DNA of 64,000 nt. Source: Podarcis pityusensis. Taxonomy: Eukaryota. Under the pieces are notes generated by a model. It did not search any database and had not been told where the DNA came from. It was given only the letters and a program-made list of their open reading frames with translations. Positions 38,727 through 52,900 of this stretch are shown here, one piece after another. Positions within the stretch are counted from its first letter, which is position 1. Each line of letters starts with the position of its first letter. The position numbers and the translations under genes are program-made. The stretch lies in the NCBI GenBank assembly GCA_964106645.2, contig OZ067038.1; one strand, written 5' to 3'.

Positions 38727-41700
38727 TATGCCAGTCACCTGCAAAAGCAGTCAGAAAGCTGACACCTGGAAACACATTTAGCCAGAGTGGCACAAACTCC
38801 TGTTTATGCTGAAGAAAGTAGTTCCAACTGCAAGACTTCTTACTGTACTGTTGTAATACTGTGAGAACTCGAAAGAACTATAGCTTTTTAAATAAGAGAT
38901 TAAAAAACTTAAAAACAGATGTTTTCTTTACATTGTAAGAGACAGATGAGAAACTTTCTAATAATAAACAACCAAAAGGCATAAACTGCACATGCATGGC
39001 GATGTTTTGTTGCTGTTGTTAGATACTTCGAATAATGCAGGTCTGAGCAAAGGGTGACATCCAGTGGATTGTCTCTTATCTTTCCTCTCTTTGATGTTTT
39101 AAGCCTTCAGTCAGAGGCTTAATCATCCAACCCCAACCCCTATAAATTGTGTATACGTAGAAGCTTCAGAATTTAAAAGGTCAATACTCTCCTCACCTCC
39201 CCAATACGGAATTCAGGTAACAGAATCCCTAACTGGAGTTTATTTTCATACAATTGGAGCTGGCTTTCACAGGGTGCTATTTGGACAGGTGTTTATTGTG
39301 GAATCAGCGTTCTTCATACACAGGGGTTTTCTGCATTATCCACATGACATTGTTGGCATTAAAATGCCAACCCTTCCCCCCCCCCCCCTTTGAAGCAGAT
39401 TTAATCTTTGCATGCAAAATCCAGCATGCAAAAACCAGTGCTTTTTTTTTTCTAGATAAAAATGGTGTTGGTACTCACCAAGAAGTGGCTATAGTAAGAG
39501 CTTGTTTTGGCACTGGCCATGGCACCAACCTCTCCAGCCGCCTTGCATGGTGGTCCCTTCCAATTTCACATTTCCTCAAAGCCAAACAGTCTTCCTTGTA
39601 TTACCTGGGGCTCTTGCTGCACTGGGTCTGGAATTGGGAGCGGATTCCAAGTTCTTTCCAGGTATAACTTGCCACTTTTTGAATTTGGTGCCTTTTTCTG
39701 TCACCAGTCTGATTTTCTACATCTTCCTGTTTTGGAGTGTAATACTGAAGTGTCTAACAGAATGAACAGGGCATAGTTTTCCCACTCAGCATCCAACCAT
39801 CAGTCAGTGTCACTGATTATAAATGGGACACAGCATATAGAGTGCTATTCCTTGGGCAGCCTTGGGAACCATTTACTGAAGAGAACCTCAGCATGAAACC
39901 ACAAATGGTGACCAACTCTTCCTTCTAGACATTGATAACAAAGATTTGCCAAGTTTTCAGCAAACTGCAGGGAATTTGGAAGGAAGTGATTGTGAACTTG
40001 ATGCTCAGCCTTTTCAGAAGGCAGAGGCAGCCAGGAAAATTCTCACAGTTCCCCAAGGACAGTGAACAGACTACTTTCCTTCCCATGAGTTCTAATCAAA
40101 TGCCAGACAACTGAACGATGGGGAGATTCAGTAGTGGCCAAAAAATAATGGCTATTTGTTTAATAATCTGAGCCAAAATTTGTGGACAATACTTCCTCAG
40201 GAAAGGAAGATGGTCAGCTGTCCACCTGTTGATTTACAGAACTGATGATAATGAGAACCATTAATAAAGTCTGGAGATGTACGGTAAGTAGCTTTCCCAT
40301 TTATCCCAGCCAAGATACCTGTTGCTCACAAGAGGAGAAATTTCCTTGGAGAGTTTTGAGATTAGGGGATAAGTGAAGGATTAAAAAGAAAGTTGACAAG
40401 ATTCCCAGAGAATCTTATTGGCAAACATCATGTAGTAAAAGGTACAAGAGGATGAATTTAACACAAACATTAAAAAGCATGAAAATTGAAACTGAAAATG
40501 AAAATTATTGTTTTGGAGAAAAAGAAATGCAGTTTTGAAATGCACTTGTTTTGTTTGGTGGAAAGAGCAATGGGATAGCAGAAATAATAGATCATATTGG
40601 AAAATATTTCAGAGATGGATGCATGGGGGAAAATATGTACAGGAATTAATAAGGCTAATGGATTCTTCTAATGTTGTAAAAAAAATATCAAAATGCTGAA
40701 ATGCATTTTTATCGCTCAATTTTGTTACAATACACTGGGACACAAAACTGAAGAGTGACAAGCCCCAAACATAACTGTTTGGATCCTAAATCGATCCTTC
40801 ATTCCTGTGTGGAGAGAGGCCATTCCTGGATTATCTCGGTTTTGTGCAATATTATCTCATAGCACCCAACATTTTTCCAACACAAAACCAGGACACGCAT
40901 CTTCTGGAACACGCTCCTGGGTGAGTCCTGTGGCCCATGCCGTGCTCCTGCCCCCTCCTAATGTGCTTTTTGGGGGCGAGAGCACAACATGAGAGAATCA
41001 CACCCAAAATGGACACCAAGATCTTGTGTAAAAAAAACAGGATGTCCTGTTTTTTTCTGGGGCACCTGGAAGGTATGTTATCTCATTCTTACCATTTCAA
41101 TACATTTCTTTTTAAAAGTGATTTAACATGTTTTTATCATCTTTCTGATCAAGGTGATTAACAATAAATTAAGGCATAAAAACTTTTAGAACAACAAAAT
41201 CAAACAAATCTAATCAGCAACAGGGAAATGTATGTTCTTCGGATATTTTGAAATGAGTTAGAGAATGTACTGTAAGATCAGGCTCAGCCATGGATGACCA
41301 CAGCAAGCAATATAATCTAAATGTTAATACAGTAGTGATGATAAAGCCAAGGTTTCAACCTTTTAATATTCCATTATTTTAGAGGAGAGAATATGTTTAA
41401 GTCTGTCCCATTGAACTAATGGAATTTAAGAAACTAAACCTTGGCTGCATTGTGCCCATATTGAAGCTTACCGGCATAGGAAGAGTGTGGCCTGTGAAAA
41501 ACAGCTGCTTTGAACATCCCTCTATTTTCTAGTATTCTATGCTAGAAATTTGTATTCTACAAGAATCTGCATTCTTGTTTATACAGCAGTAAGACTACCA
41601 AATCCATGGTTCAGTGCAACTGCAAGCAAAATGTGCACATCTGAATCACATCATTGACATTATTGATGGAATGACAATGAAAATGGAACTGGCAAAAATT

Positions 41701-43494
41701 TAATAGGCTGACACATTTTCCATGGAAATCCTCTTGGAAAACATGATTCCTAGAAAAGAGATATATATTTTTAAAGGTTTAAAAATAAAATAAGAGAAGA
41801 AAGCTGTCAGAGAAGTAAAGTAGCAAGATGCCTGACTCAGAAAAAGAAGGGAATTGTGCAGGTCTCAAACAGTCTCTCAGGAAATGCAAAACAGATTCAT
41901 TCTTTTCCACCATGCATTCAGTAGTATAATTAAACGCAGGGTGAAAAACAAGGTAAAATCATCATTGGTACTAAGGAAAACTCATTAGCAACCAAAAAGG
42001 GGCAGCAGTCAGACAAGGACATTATTATTAAACGGGGACAAAACATCCATTCAATTCTCTGAAAAGTATAGCCCTACTACTAGAACGCTTCCCTTCAAAT
42101 AATAACAATGAGTGGATGCTGCTAAAAGGCAAATTTCACCAGAAAGGCCTAGTGAAAAAATAACAATGCCAGTCAAGTAAGCATTCCCCCCTGGAGCACT
42201 TTGAAGAACAGAGAGTGAGTCACATTTTTAATCCTACTCTGAAGAAAACAAAGAAACCTAACAGGCATTTTGCAATTCGCGGGTGAAGTAGGGAATATCA
42301 TGTCTTGTTCTCTATGACTGCAACATTATTATTTTTTAAAAAAACAGTTTTTGTACCCAAAGGCTGGCAAATGAAGGTCAGATTCTTATATAACATTCTT
42401 CCGCCACTTAAAAAAGTATGTTGGGGGTGGGGGGGGGACAGATGTAAATACTGGGTGTGAGATGGGGTGTGGGGCTAGTAACGATTTCACCACAATAAAT
42501 CCAAATTAATTTTGGATTTGGGCATAATTCATTTTTTCAAAGGACTTTTCTATGGAGGAAAAACATATCAGATCAACCCTAAATTATTTTATTTAGAGTC
42601 AGGATGCTACGCAACAGATTTCTTCTTAAAACCACTTGTAGGTTGTTAGGCTGAGAGAGTAACTGACCCAGTAAGCATGATGGCTAAGTGTGTTTTTGAG
42701 CTCAGGTATTCCCAGTCCAAATCTAAAACTCTAACCAAATCCAGCATCGGCTCATAATTGGACCAAAATGCAAGTGAATATAATGAGCAGCAAAACAGAA
42801 AGGCAATAGCATGATGAATCATGCTAATTTCATGTACTCCTTCAGAAACTTGGGTGGAATTGAGCTTGAGCTCAGAGAAGGGCTTTTGATTCAGCGTCAC
42901 CACCACAAACAGAAGAGGGTGAGAGACCATTTTTGCCAATTCACTCTTGTGCCTACGGCCCCACGTACCACCTTCCACCCCGTTCTGGAGCCCCCCTCCA
43001 CCCCACCCCCGTGGCAACCCTATGAGCCAACTTTGGGGAGAGCAATGCTGGGGGCTGAAGAGGAATAGGGAAATGGGAGGAAATGGCCACACCTCTTCTG
43101 CTAGACAAGGCAGCCCCTAGATTAAAAGCCCCAACTGCATGCCAAGCTAAGCCTATACCTAAAACTAATAATTTGTTTGAAGGAGCATCAGGAATCATGT
43201 GATGGCCTCAGAGAACCCCAAAACATCTCTTTGAGAGTGAGAGTGTCTTCTCTAGACCAAGTACCAAAAACCCCTCATGTACCCGAAGCCAAATGGCCAG
43301 GAGGTACAATTCAGCTAGACCTCTCCACGTACATCTTTGGCTGTGAAACACCAGGAGCAGCTCAGAGCCAGGTTGGGGCTACCCAGACATTGGTATGAGG
43401 CTGGCAGAGTTTGGATTTCCACCATCCCATATCAAGTGTTATTATCCCTGCGTTTAGGGTGACAGTTGGACAATGAGTGACAGTCACCAGCTCT

Positions 43495-43757
43495 GTTAGC
43501 TTTAAAAGAGTAAACAAATTCATGGAGGATAAGACTACCTTTGACTACAAGCCATGATGCCTATGTTGAACCGCCATGGTTGGAGGCAGTACACCTCTAT
43601 ATGCTAGTTGCCAAGACTCACATGTTGGAAGAGTGCTGTTGCTCGCATGTTCTGATTGTGGCTTTCCCATAGGAATTTGGTTGGCCCCTATGGAAACTGG
43701 CTATTGGGCTAGATGGGACTTTGGTCCAACATGGGAGTGCTGTTCTTATGTTCTTAA
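43495..43757 (+). mobile_element. Older CR1 3' fragment
   Basis: AACAAATTCATGGAGGATAAG...GGGCTAGATGGGACTTTGGTC...TGTTCTTATGTTCTTA. Confidence 0.75.
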
Positions 43758-43924
43758 CAAGAAATTATTACGCTGCTCATCTTTTAAATTGTTGAAGTTG
43801 CAACCCACATGAAACCCAAGTTCATGTGTCTTTTTCCTGATTCCATGTGCAATTAGGTTTTCCAAATACATCTAGTTATTATGTTTTTCAATGTGAAGAA
43901 GTCTATGATAGTCTGAATCAATTA

Positions 43925-44166
43925 CAGTGGTACCTCGGGTTAAGTACTTAATTCGTTCCGGAGGTCCGTACTTAACCTGAAACTGTTCTTAACCTGAAGC
44001 ACCATTTTAGCTAATGGGGCCTCCTGCTGCTTCCGCCTTGCCGGAGCACAATTTCTGTTCTCATCCTGAAGCAAAGTTCTTAACCTAAAGCACTACTTCT
44101 GGGTTAGCGGAGTCTGTAACCAGAAGCGTATGTAACCTGAAGCTTATGAAACCCGAGGTACCACTG
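43925..44166. mobile_element. Tc1/mariner (Tigger-like) MITE
   Basis: TA|CAGTGGTACCTCGGGTT ... AACCCGAGGTACCACTG|TA, in opposite orientation to the 38485 copy. Confidence 0.93.
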
Positions 44167-45104
44167 TATTTCCTCCCTTTGACCCTCCCTCGAACAATCT
44201 GGAGGTAGTGACTTCATAATTTATGACACCGTGGAAGTGGCTATGATGTCAAAAAATACCTCACTGCTGAATTGATCTGAAAGAAAGGATAGACTGAGGA
44301 GAAAAGATAAATCCCGGCTGTGTGGTTGGCAAGAACAATCAAAGTGAAACATAACTGGGCGGTAAGCTAACCTAACACCCTTAAATCTGAATGGAAGTTT
44401 CTCCCTGTTTTCTGTTTCTGCACCACGATGCTTAATAATTATGTGCTACATGATCAAACTAATAGCTTTCTAGTCATCTAATTATTTTGATAATGACAGC
44501 TACAAAATATAGGGTTGGATCCAGGGCAGCTTCCTCCATTAGAGAGAGAGAGCTCTGGGAGCTAACAGAGATATATTCTCTGCTATTTGATTTTCTATTT
44601 CTAACACTCATCCGGTAGGTATATCAAGGTGCACTTGAGCTAATTAGGAGAAATGCAAATTGGAAAAAAAAAGGCATATGCAGTTTCCAGACATATGCAG
44701 GAAGAATCTGAATTAGAAATATCACAAAACAACTGACAGATCTTTGGACTTTTTGTGCAGTTAGCAGATTGAAATGAAGTACAAATTACCATGTAAAACT
44801 GTATCAGGGCCAGCATGATCAAGCCTTTATTATTTATTATTTTTTGGCAGTTCTCCCCCTCCCCCCCCTTCGCCCTACCTGCCCTACCAAGGACAATGAA
44901 AACTACAGTCTTCTTTTTAATGCTGCCAACTGTGTTCTTTCCCCATCTTTGTCATTCCATCTTTAAAACATACTTGGGAATTATTTACAGAGCCCCATGG
45001 AGATTCGCAGCTGTGCAACTCGCATACCGATATGAGATTTCCTGTACTATCCTATACTGCATTGAGGCATAGCCCTTTAACTTGTTGCACCAAAGTCCAG
45101 AATA

Positions 45105-45420
45105 AAAAGGTAAAGGACCCCTGACAGTTAAGTCCAATCGTGAACATCTCTGGGGTTGCGGCGCTCATCTCGCCGAGGGAGCAGACAGTTTTTCCAGGTC
45201 ATGTGGCCAGCAAACCAGAGCAGCGCACAGAAATGCCATTTACCTTCCTGCCGGAGCGGTACCTATTTATCTGCTTGCACTGCATGCTTTCGAACTGCTA
45301 GGTTGGCAGGAGCTGGGACCAAGCAATGGGTGCTCACCCTGTCGCAGGGATTCAAACTGCCAACCTTCCGATCGGCAAGCCCTAGGCTCAGTGGTTTAGA
45401 CCACAGTGCCACCCGCATCC
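45105..45420 (-). mobile_element. Sauria SINE with internal deletions
   Basis: Same family as 15579; perfect 12-bp TSD AAGTCCAGAATA (45093-45104 and 45421-45432). Confidence 0.93.
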
Positions 45421-48270
45421 AAGTCCAGAATACAGGAGGGTTAATTTAATTTACAAAATCCAATTACCAATACAGCACTTGCTTGGATCAACTTTTGGAA
45501 TGCAAAATGGAACCTCAACTGGGAGATAAGAAACTGCTTTTAGTATCTTTCATGTGCCTTTTCCTAAAAAGGCATATATAAAGCCACTGCCTTGCCTTTG
45601 TTTTTTCTCTCCTTTTGATGGGTTGATTGAAATGCCAGCCTCTTGATTCCAACTGGGATTATGGAATGGGTTCCTGCTGCTGCTTGTGAATTATGGCACA
45701 GCCTCTATAGAATTATCTCAACATGAAAGCGCATTACCTTCTCATTTCTTAAACATAGCTGTGCCAAGCAAAATGCAGCCATTGTGGAAGGTTTCTGATC
45801 TCAGTCTTATCAGCAGGCTCCTACGTGAAATAAAAAGAGCATGCCTTTGGGCAGTGCTATGGTCTGAAAGGTGACATTAACGCACCTTATAGCTTTTGCT
45901 GACAGCTACAATCTAACTGTCCGCATGTAAACTTAGCTAGCAACTGGACCTTCAAAAACAGCCCAGAAATGCGTGTTCCCGTTTCAGAATGGTTTCTAAT
46001 ATTATTAGAAAGGAGAGGAGGACAGTATTGTTAGAAATCACAAAAGAAACGAAAAGGTTTTTAAAGCAAGCGCCGGAACTATTTTTACCATTCGTGTGTG
46101 ATGAGAAAAAAGAAATATATAAACAAGAATATGGTAGATTTTCAAGAAGAATGAAAAACATGGCAATGGAAAGTTAAGAGACAATAGAGAAGTTAGGTTG
46201 GCATTGCTGAAATAATAGAAAAATCGGTTTGGGAGACAATAGGGTGGTAAAACGATGAATAGTAAAGGATGCAAACAGTGTTTGGTGCATGTTATAGGAT
46301 GGGAAAGTGGCATTTTAACCCATATAATGTACTTCCTCCTTCACTTGCAGTTCCAGATGCACATGGTGCTTCTACGCTAGGCCTCAAAACTAACCCCGTT
46401 TGAAATTCTCTGCCCTCTGATATCAGGCCAGCTCCCACTCATTGGGTTTTGGTAGTAGGTTCAAGGCTTCCTTGAGGCTCTTCCCTCAAATGCCTGCTCC
46501 TTTCCACCTTGCTCCTGATGATCAGTTCTCTGGCTCTCACTCCCCTCCTTCCTCCTTAGCCAGCAACTGCCTCACAAATACTGCTGGCTCCAGGAAAGAC
46601 CCTGGTGATGGAGGAAGATTTCTCCTCAGTGGTGGCACAGAACCCCCACTAATCACCGGCCCCTTCCCCCAGACCCTTCTCCTCTTCCTCTGCCCACACT
46701 TCCCCTCCCTCATTGGGCTCCTGCCAGTCCCTGACATCGACTCCCACCGTGTTCAGTGGAGGTTACTTGCAAATATGCATACATAGGATTACAGACTAAC
46801 AGATGATCCTGGCCCAGTTACATCACCCAGCCCTTTCCTCTTACATTTTGTGGGGGGAAACAAAGAGTTTTGCTGATCCAGCTGGTAGTAGTAAGAGCTC
46901 AGGAACTCTGAGAAGCGGGGTGGAAAACATAGCTTATATTACTTGGGTAGACTCAAAAAAGCACCACACGTTCCATGAGATTGTGGGCCCCTCCAGACTG
47001 GTGGGCTTTTTTTGGGCAGGTGTATTCTGTAGCACGTTATTGACACAATAATAGGGTATTAGTGGTGAATTTATACTGGACCATCCACACATCATTCCAT
47101 TTTATGAGTTGTTCTGCAACGCTTCCCGAACATTATTGCTGTCTGGAGGAGCCCTCTTGTGCTGTAATGCAACAAAAGCAGGACCAAAATAAATAAACTG
47201 GAATATTTGTAGTATAAAAGGGTACAGGATTTCAGCAAGAAGCTAAGGGTCATACGCTGACTGGGGGGAAAAAATCATTATGGCCTGAAACTTTTGCCGG
47301 TGCAAACAGTATTGAAAGTGGGTTCATGTATAACCACTGTGATACCAGCATAAGCACAAATCATCATGAATGTCCAATAAAAAGAACATCTGGAGGGGCT
47401 CTTGTGTTCAGGCAGCCTGCTATTTTCTTTCAAATGCCTCTAGCATTTACCATTTATAGCCTTTTCCTTGTTGGCTAGTCCAGGAAATTCATCTCCTGTC
47501 CAGTCTAACAAGCAACTGACAGAAGCAAAATGATGCTGGTAGAGCAAAATAAGGAGAGTGTAGGCATTAATGGTTTTGATTACTTTGGCAGAAGGAGATG
47601 CATTTGTTGTCCAAAGGGACTGTAAAGCTTTTGCACGTTATGCTGCATGACACTCAACTACACAACATGCCAACATGATGAAACATCACATTTCCAGCGA
47701 TTTACAGGACACCAATTGTCATCTTGAGAATCCACAGTATCTCCAATAGCCTAAGACAGCAAATTGGTGTGGCATAAATGGGCAAATATGTCTTCACGCA
47801 TTATATACAACCAGCAGAGAAGTGGATGATGTTTGGCCCAAGGAATGTAGATAAAGTTTCTCTCTCATGCTTTTCCCATCCTTTCTCTACATTTCCTTTA
47901 CAGTAATACTAAGCTCTCTTCTCCTTTCTTTTTACTTCTCATTCCTATCCCCCCACCCACTGTTCCACTTCCTTAACTTTTTACCCTGCTTCATGAACCT
48001 GCAAACTGAATGACAGACCTGCACAACTGGAAACCTGTCAAGCTCGATGACCCCTACTAGGCACATATCCATTGTGGCCTGTTGGTTGCTGGTCAAGCCC
48101 CTTCACGCAGGCACTGACATTCCAGCCATGAGGCAAACACAAGAGATTCATTGGGCTACCATACACAGCTATTAGGGTAGGGTACACTGGTGGTTTCAAG
48201 TTGTACAAGCCTGTTCTACACCCAAGATGGCAGGTCTCCTCATTCACACTTACACACAGTCTGTCTATGT

Positions 48271-48318
<48 letters not shown>

Positions 48319-48319
48319 A
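48271..48319. repeat. Compound (TC)n(AC)n microsatellite
   Basis: Seen directly. Confidence 0.97.
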
Positions 48320-49828
48320 AAATAGATATCAGGGCAGTTCTAGGCCATGGATTTATAGGATGCTAAATGCTATGGAAAACATATAATGGAGCCATTATTG
48401 CTTGTCAGTCTTCATTTCACGAAGAGTAGCACATACAAAAACTGACGCCCTGCATCAGAAATGCACTTTTTGCTCCGTTTCAAAGACCACTGAATTACAC
48501 TAAAAAAAATCTCTAAAAATAAATAAATCTAGAAATAGAACCACAATGAATGCTGATTGCAAAGATGAATTGCAGTGCAATATATTAAATAATTAGAACC
48601 TCTCATCAGCTGCAGCTATAGTGTGGATTTAGAAGTGGGAGAGTCAGGTTCAAACTAGTGAAAAGCAGTCTATTTCCGCACTCTCTACTCTTCATTCAGT
48701 TCCGAATAAGTTTATCAAATGAGCTGGCCCCCAAGGCCGCAAAATTCTGATCCCAATGTGGAGCCTACTGCAGCCCTGATTACATATTTCAGAATTGTAA
48801 TTGCGTCCAAATCCATCCTCCTAACCCGCCTTCCTCCCAAATGCCATTGCCTGGCTGCTGTGGCAGCTCTGCTCTCCATTACTACTGCCTCCTCCTCCCT
48901 CCCCTACCTGGTATTTGAAACATGGCTTCTGCGGCATTACAAGCAGGAATCCTGGGTAGTGGTCCCTACAACAATACTGTAGCAGACTAAGTTGACAGAG
49001 GGAGGGAGTGGCAAGAAGGACCTCTGTGCCTCCCATCACTGTTGCCAGGTAAGTGACGGGGAGACGGAGTTCTTTTTGAACTCTCTGTGCAGTGCTGGTG
49101 TGTCAGCTTCAAAGCCTGCATATATCCAACACTAACTAATGAGGTTTGTCCAGCATCTTGTGTGATGCATCACAGGAGAAAGGCAGCCTTTGTAAGACCA
49201 AGGCAAAGGCAGAGTTAAACTCCTATAGAGGGATTTAGGAAATGCTGGTCTCTTTGATCTAATTATAAGCATAGGACTGTCATTGAGAATTCTCTTGTAT
49301 TAAGCCGGCCATCTTGCATATATATGCGCTCCTTACCATGCAAGCAAGCTCAATGTGATGCTGCTCGTGGGATATGGAAGGAAACAAGGCAAACTACTTA
49401 ATTGGTGTCTTCAAAATTTGCTGCCATATTAATACCTCTGGAAAGCAGTGGTATTATTTTTTACCTGCCCTTCACCCTAAGTTCCAGGGCAGGTTATAAC
49501 AATTAGAACACAACACAAAAAGAACTTGCAGTCACCTATATAACAATAGAATAGTACCACTTTCCACAGAAATAACGCCCCACAGAAGGATGTATTGGTA
49601 CTGGCCTTGAAGTAATTAGGTTATTGGGCTGTGCTTCTCCAGCTCAGTCACATTATTTCAGCAAAATGTGTACAATAATGACATCTCTCTCCCATGAAGT
49701 AATCAGGAAAACTTATTAATAAACTTTCAATCAAGAGTTTTCATGACTCATCACAATAACACCCAGTAAATATATAGGAGAAAATGCAAGTCAAACCTAA
49801 ATCACCTCCAAGGAATTGCAGAATATTC

Positions 49829-49958
49829 TTATCTGAAACTAAGTGTGCTTGCACACGAAAGCTTATACCAAGAACTAACTTAGTTGGTCTTTAAGGTGCT
49901 ACAGGAATGAATTTTTCTATTTCGACTATGGCAGACCAACACGGCTACCCATCTGTAA
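49829..49958 (+). mobile_element. Penelope-like pLTR fragment, second copy, with degenerate hammerhead core
   Basis: GTGTGCTTGCACACGAAAGCTTATACC...TAGTTGGTCTTTAAGGTGCTAC...CGACTATGGCAGACCAACACGGCTACC matches the copy at 24957-25090. Confidence 0.85.
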
Positions 49959-52900
49959 TTAGCACTTGGTTTCTGTAGCCTTCTGGTGCTAGAACTCTGA
50001 TTAGCATTCCTCTGAGGCCAGACCGGTTGGGGGATCTCTTGCTGGCTGCCTCAGCCTCAAAGCAGAAAGAAGAATTTAAATCCCATTAACCATTTACATC
50101 TGGGCACAATGCAGGTCGATTCCTTTCCTTAATCCTTAAAACACGGAAGTAATTAGCTCTTAGGAAACACCTCAGGCATTTTACATTGCTTGGCATATTG
50201 TAACACTTTCTCATTGTTTTTATTATTATCATTTTGCTGGGGAGACTGTGGCACAAAGACCACAGGGTAATTAGAAAAATTTATTATTATGTTTATCATT
50301 CATTCATTCAATGTAGTCCAGCTTTCATGTTCAAAGATAATTCTGAACACATACCAGATTATGGCTATTTATCTCCCAGTGGGATGTAATTGGGCCCTAG
50401 AATTTACTGAACTGCCTAACAAAAAAACTCAGTGAATCCTTTGCTTGTTTGTTTTCCAGACATCAGTTTTCCTAAGTAGAGAAAATATAATTATGTGACT
50501 TTTTAGTTTTGTTTGCCTTTTTTCCAGCCATCAAATTACCTCACTTGATATTTACCCACACGCTTCTAACCTTGTTTTATGGGTGCATATGGTCCCACAA
50601 TAAGCTATCACTGTTTCCCTCAAATCCAAATCCATCGGCTTTATCACTGACATCTTGCCCACTTAGGCCAATTTGAGGGACTCACTAGAGATGTTCTGCC
50701 AAGTCGTCAATAATTCAGTCCGCCATTAACCTGAGTGCTCACTGGTCTAACACAAATTAATGTCAGAACACCACTGTGAAATTATCAGATGAGCAAATGA
50801 AAACACCTCATGTGATGAGCCCATTGATTGTTACACACACTGTCACACTTCTAGCTATTGCCCAGAGTATGACTTACGGCCTAAAATTAAGGCCAACTGC
50901 ATGTGTAAGCTAAAAGGTTTTCCAATGCACTGTAAACGACTTTACAGCAAATCCTGGAAAGTTTATCAAGAACTCTCAAAGCAGAATGACTATTATGCAG
51001 GTAGCCCTGTCCTTCATTCCAAGCCTGAAATAACTCCCAGCTTGCAGTAGAAGAAGGTGACCAATGGCGCTGGGCGATATATCAATATATTGTCCAAAAC
51101 CGGTTTGAAGTCCATATTGTGATATTGGTTTCATAATTTTTGACCTGGCAATATATTGCGAATTATGATGTGTGTGTGCTATGCAAAAATCACAATGTGG
51201 GAAGAACCGTGAAGTCAACTAATGCTTCTCTCGATTTCTGCAACCCCTGTTAACTCTGCCAGCTTAGCTCTCCCCGGCCTCTTGCAGGGGGCAGCGAATC
51301 ACAAGAGCAGCTGCCAGCAAGAATCATAGTGCAAGAAAAACCATGAAGCCAGACAATGCTTCTACATAGCTCCATCCTTATTTCAGATATTGCGATATAT
51401 CAGGAACTATTAGCAAAGTCATACAGCAAACTTTGGCACCAGCTTTGTCCTTTTGCCTGCTATCACCACACTTACCATCATCAGGCATTTCAGCGTCATC
51501 TACCTGCACATTGTTTAAAGCAGGAGCAGTCAAAGGATAGATCAGCATCTCCTGGGAGAACTTTGGGAGAACTGATGCAGATCGGCAAGGATTTCTGCCT
51601 TGTAATGGTTTAAATATAGCAAAAACAAAATGTTTTCCCCTCTTCTTCTTCTTCTTCTTCTTTTCCAAATTGGACTGCTGAAACTAGTAAACCCTGAGAG
51701 AAAACCCAGAGAGGATTTTCATCTGAGAGCACAGAGGGAAAGATCTGTGCTTATGATGGCGTTAGGGCACCTTCAATACTGTTTGCGGCTGCAAAAGTTG
51801 TTTATTTCCAAACAGTGCATGACACATAGTTTCCTACTGAATCCCTGTAACTTTTTATATCACAAATATTCTGGGAGAGAGGGGGTGCTATCCCGTTTCT
51901 GTACTGCTATGGTGCAAGAATGCTCCTCCAGATCGCCATGATGCAGTGACATTGCAGAACATCTAATAAAGCGGAATAACGTGGATGGTCCAGTATATAT
52001 TCACCACTAATACACTATTATTGCACCAATGACATGTTGCATAATACAATTGCAGAAAACAAAACCCACCAGTCTGGAGGGGCCCACAATAGCCTTGACT
52101 CTGTACCACAACATGAGATAGGAAAAATTCAATAGCAGTAAATCCCACATTGTCATTATTTAGGCATCATATTTAGGATTCATAGAAGAAAGTCATGATA
52201 CTCATGCGTTCTTTGTTCATTTTTCCCCTCCCACAAACTATTGTAACTATGTAGATATTAGATGAAGTGTACATATCGCTTGCACATACATGTGCTTCTC
52301 ACAGCAGTTATGCCAGATCCTTCATTTAATCATTTTTTAAAACTCTATTACATCCTAGCTGGAGAAATTCTCAATTTTGCATTTCCATGGTTGTTGAGAT
52401 TCCAATGAAGTCAATAGGACGGCAATAGGATTCAGAGAGATGGGCACTGCACTTCCTCTGGGCATCTGGTTGCCTACTGTGAGAACAGGATTCTGGGCTA
52501 GATGGGCCTGATCCTTATGTTCATGTGTTCCCCATAGAACAGCCCTGTGCAACTTGAAATATATTTGAAGTACACAGAGAGAACAAAATAGACAGGGCCC
52601 CCTCCCAGAGGACTGGAAATCTGGTACAAAACACTCGTGCAATCAGCCTATCCAAGTGGTTCCTTTACCCACACATCTCACAGTGGGGTGGAATTGCACT
52701 ATGGGGAAGTGGCTCTCACACCATACACAAAAACATAAATCTAACGAAAGGAGTTAAAAAAAATATTACAGGAAAGTACTGTACGCCTGTTGCTTAGATT
52801 TCATCAAATTGACACTTTGAAGGTTTAGGTTAGGTTAGGAGGACACCAAGTGGCAGAATAGCGTATAATCAAAAAATTAAATCAACCATCCTTCGCAAAA

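Noticed and set aside
40380-40700. A-rich ORF-like segments here and at 45950-46180
   Set aside because: Probably decayed L1 fragments, too degenerate to delimit.
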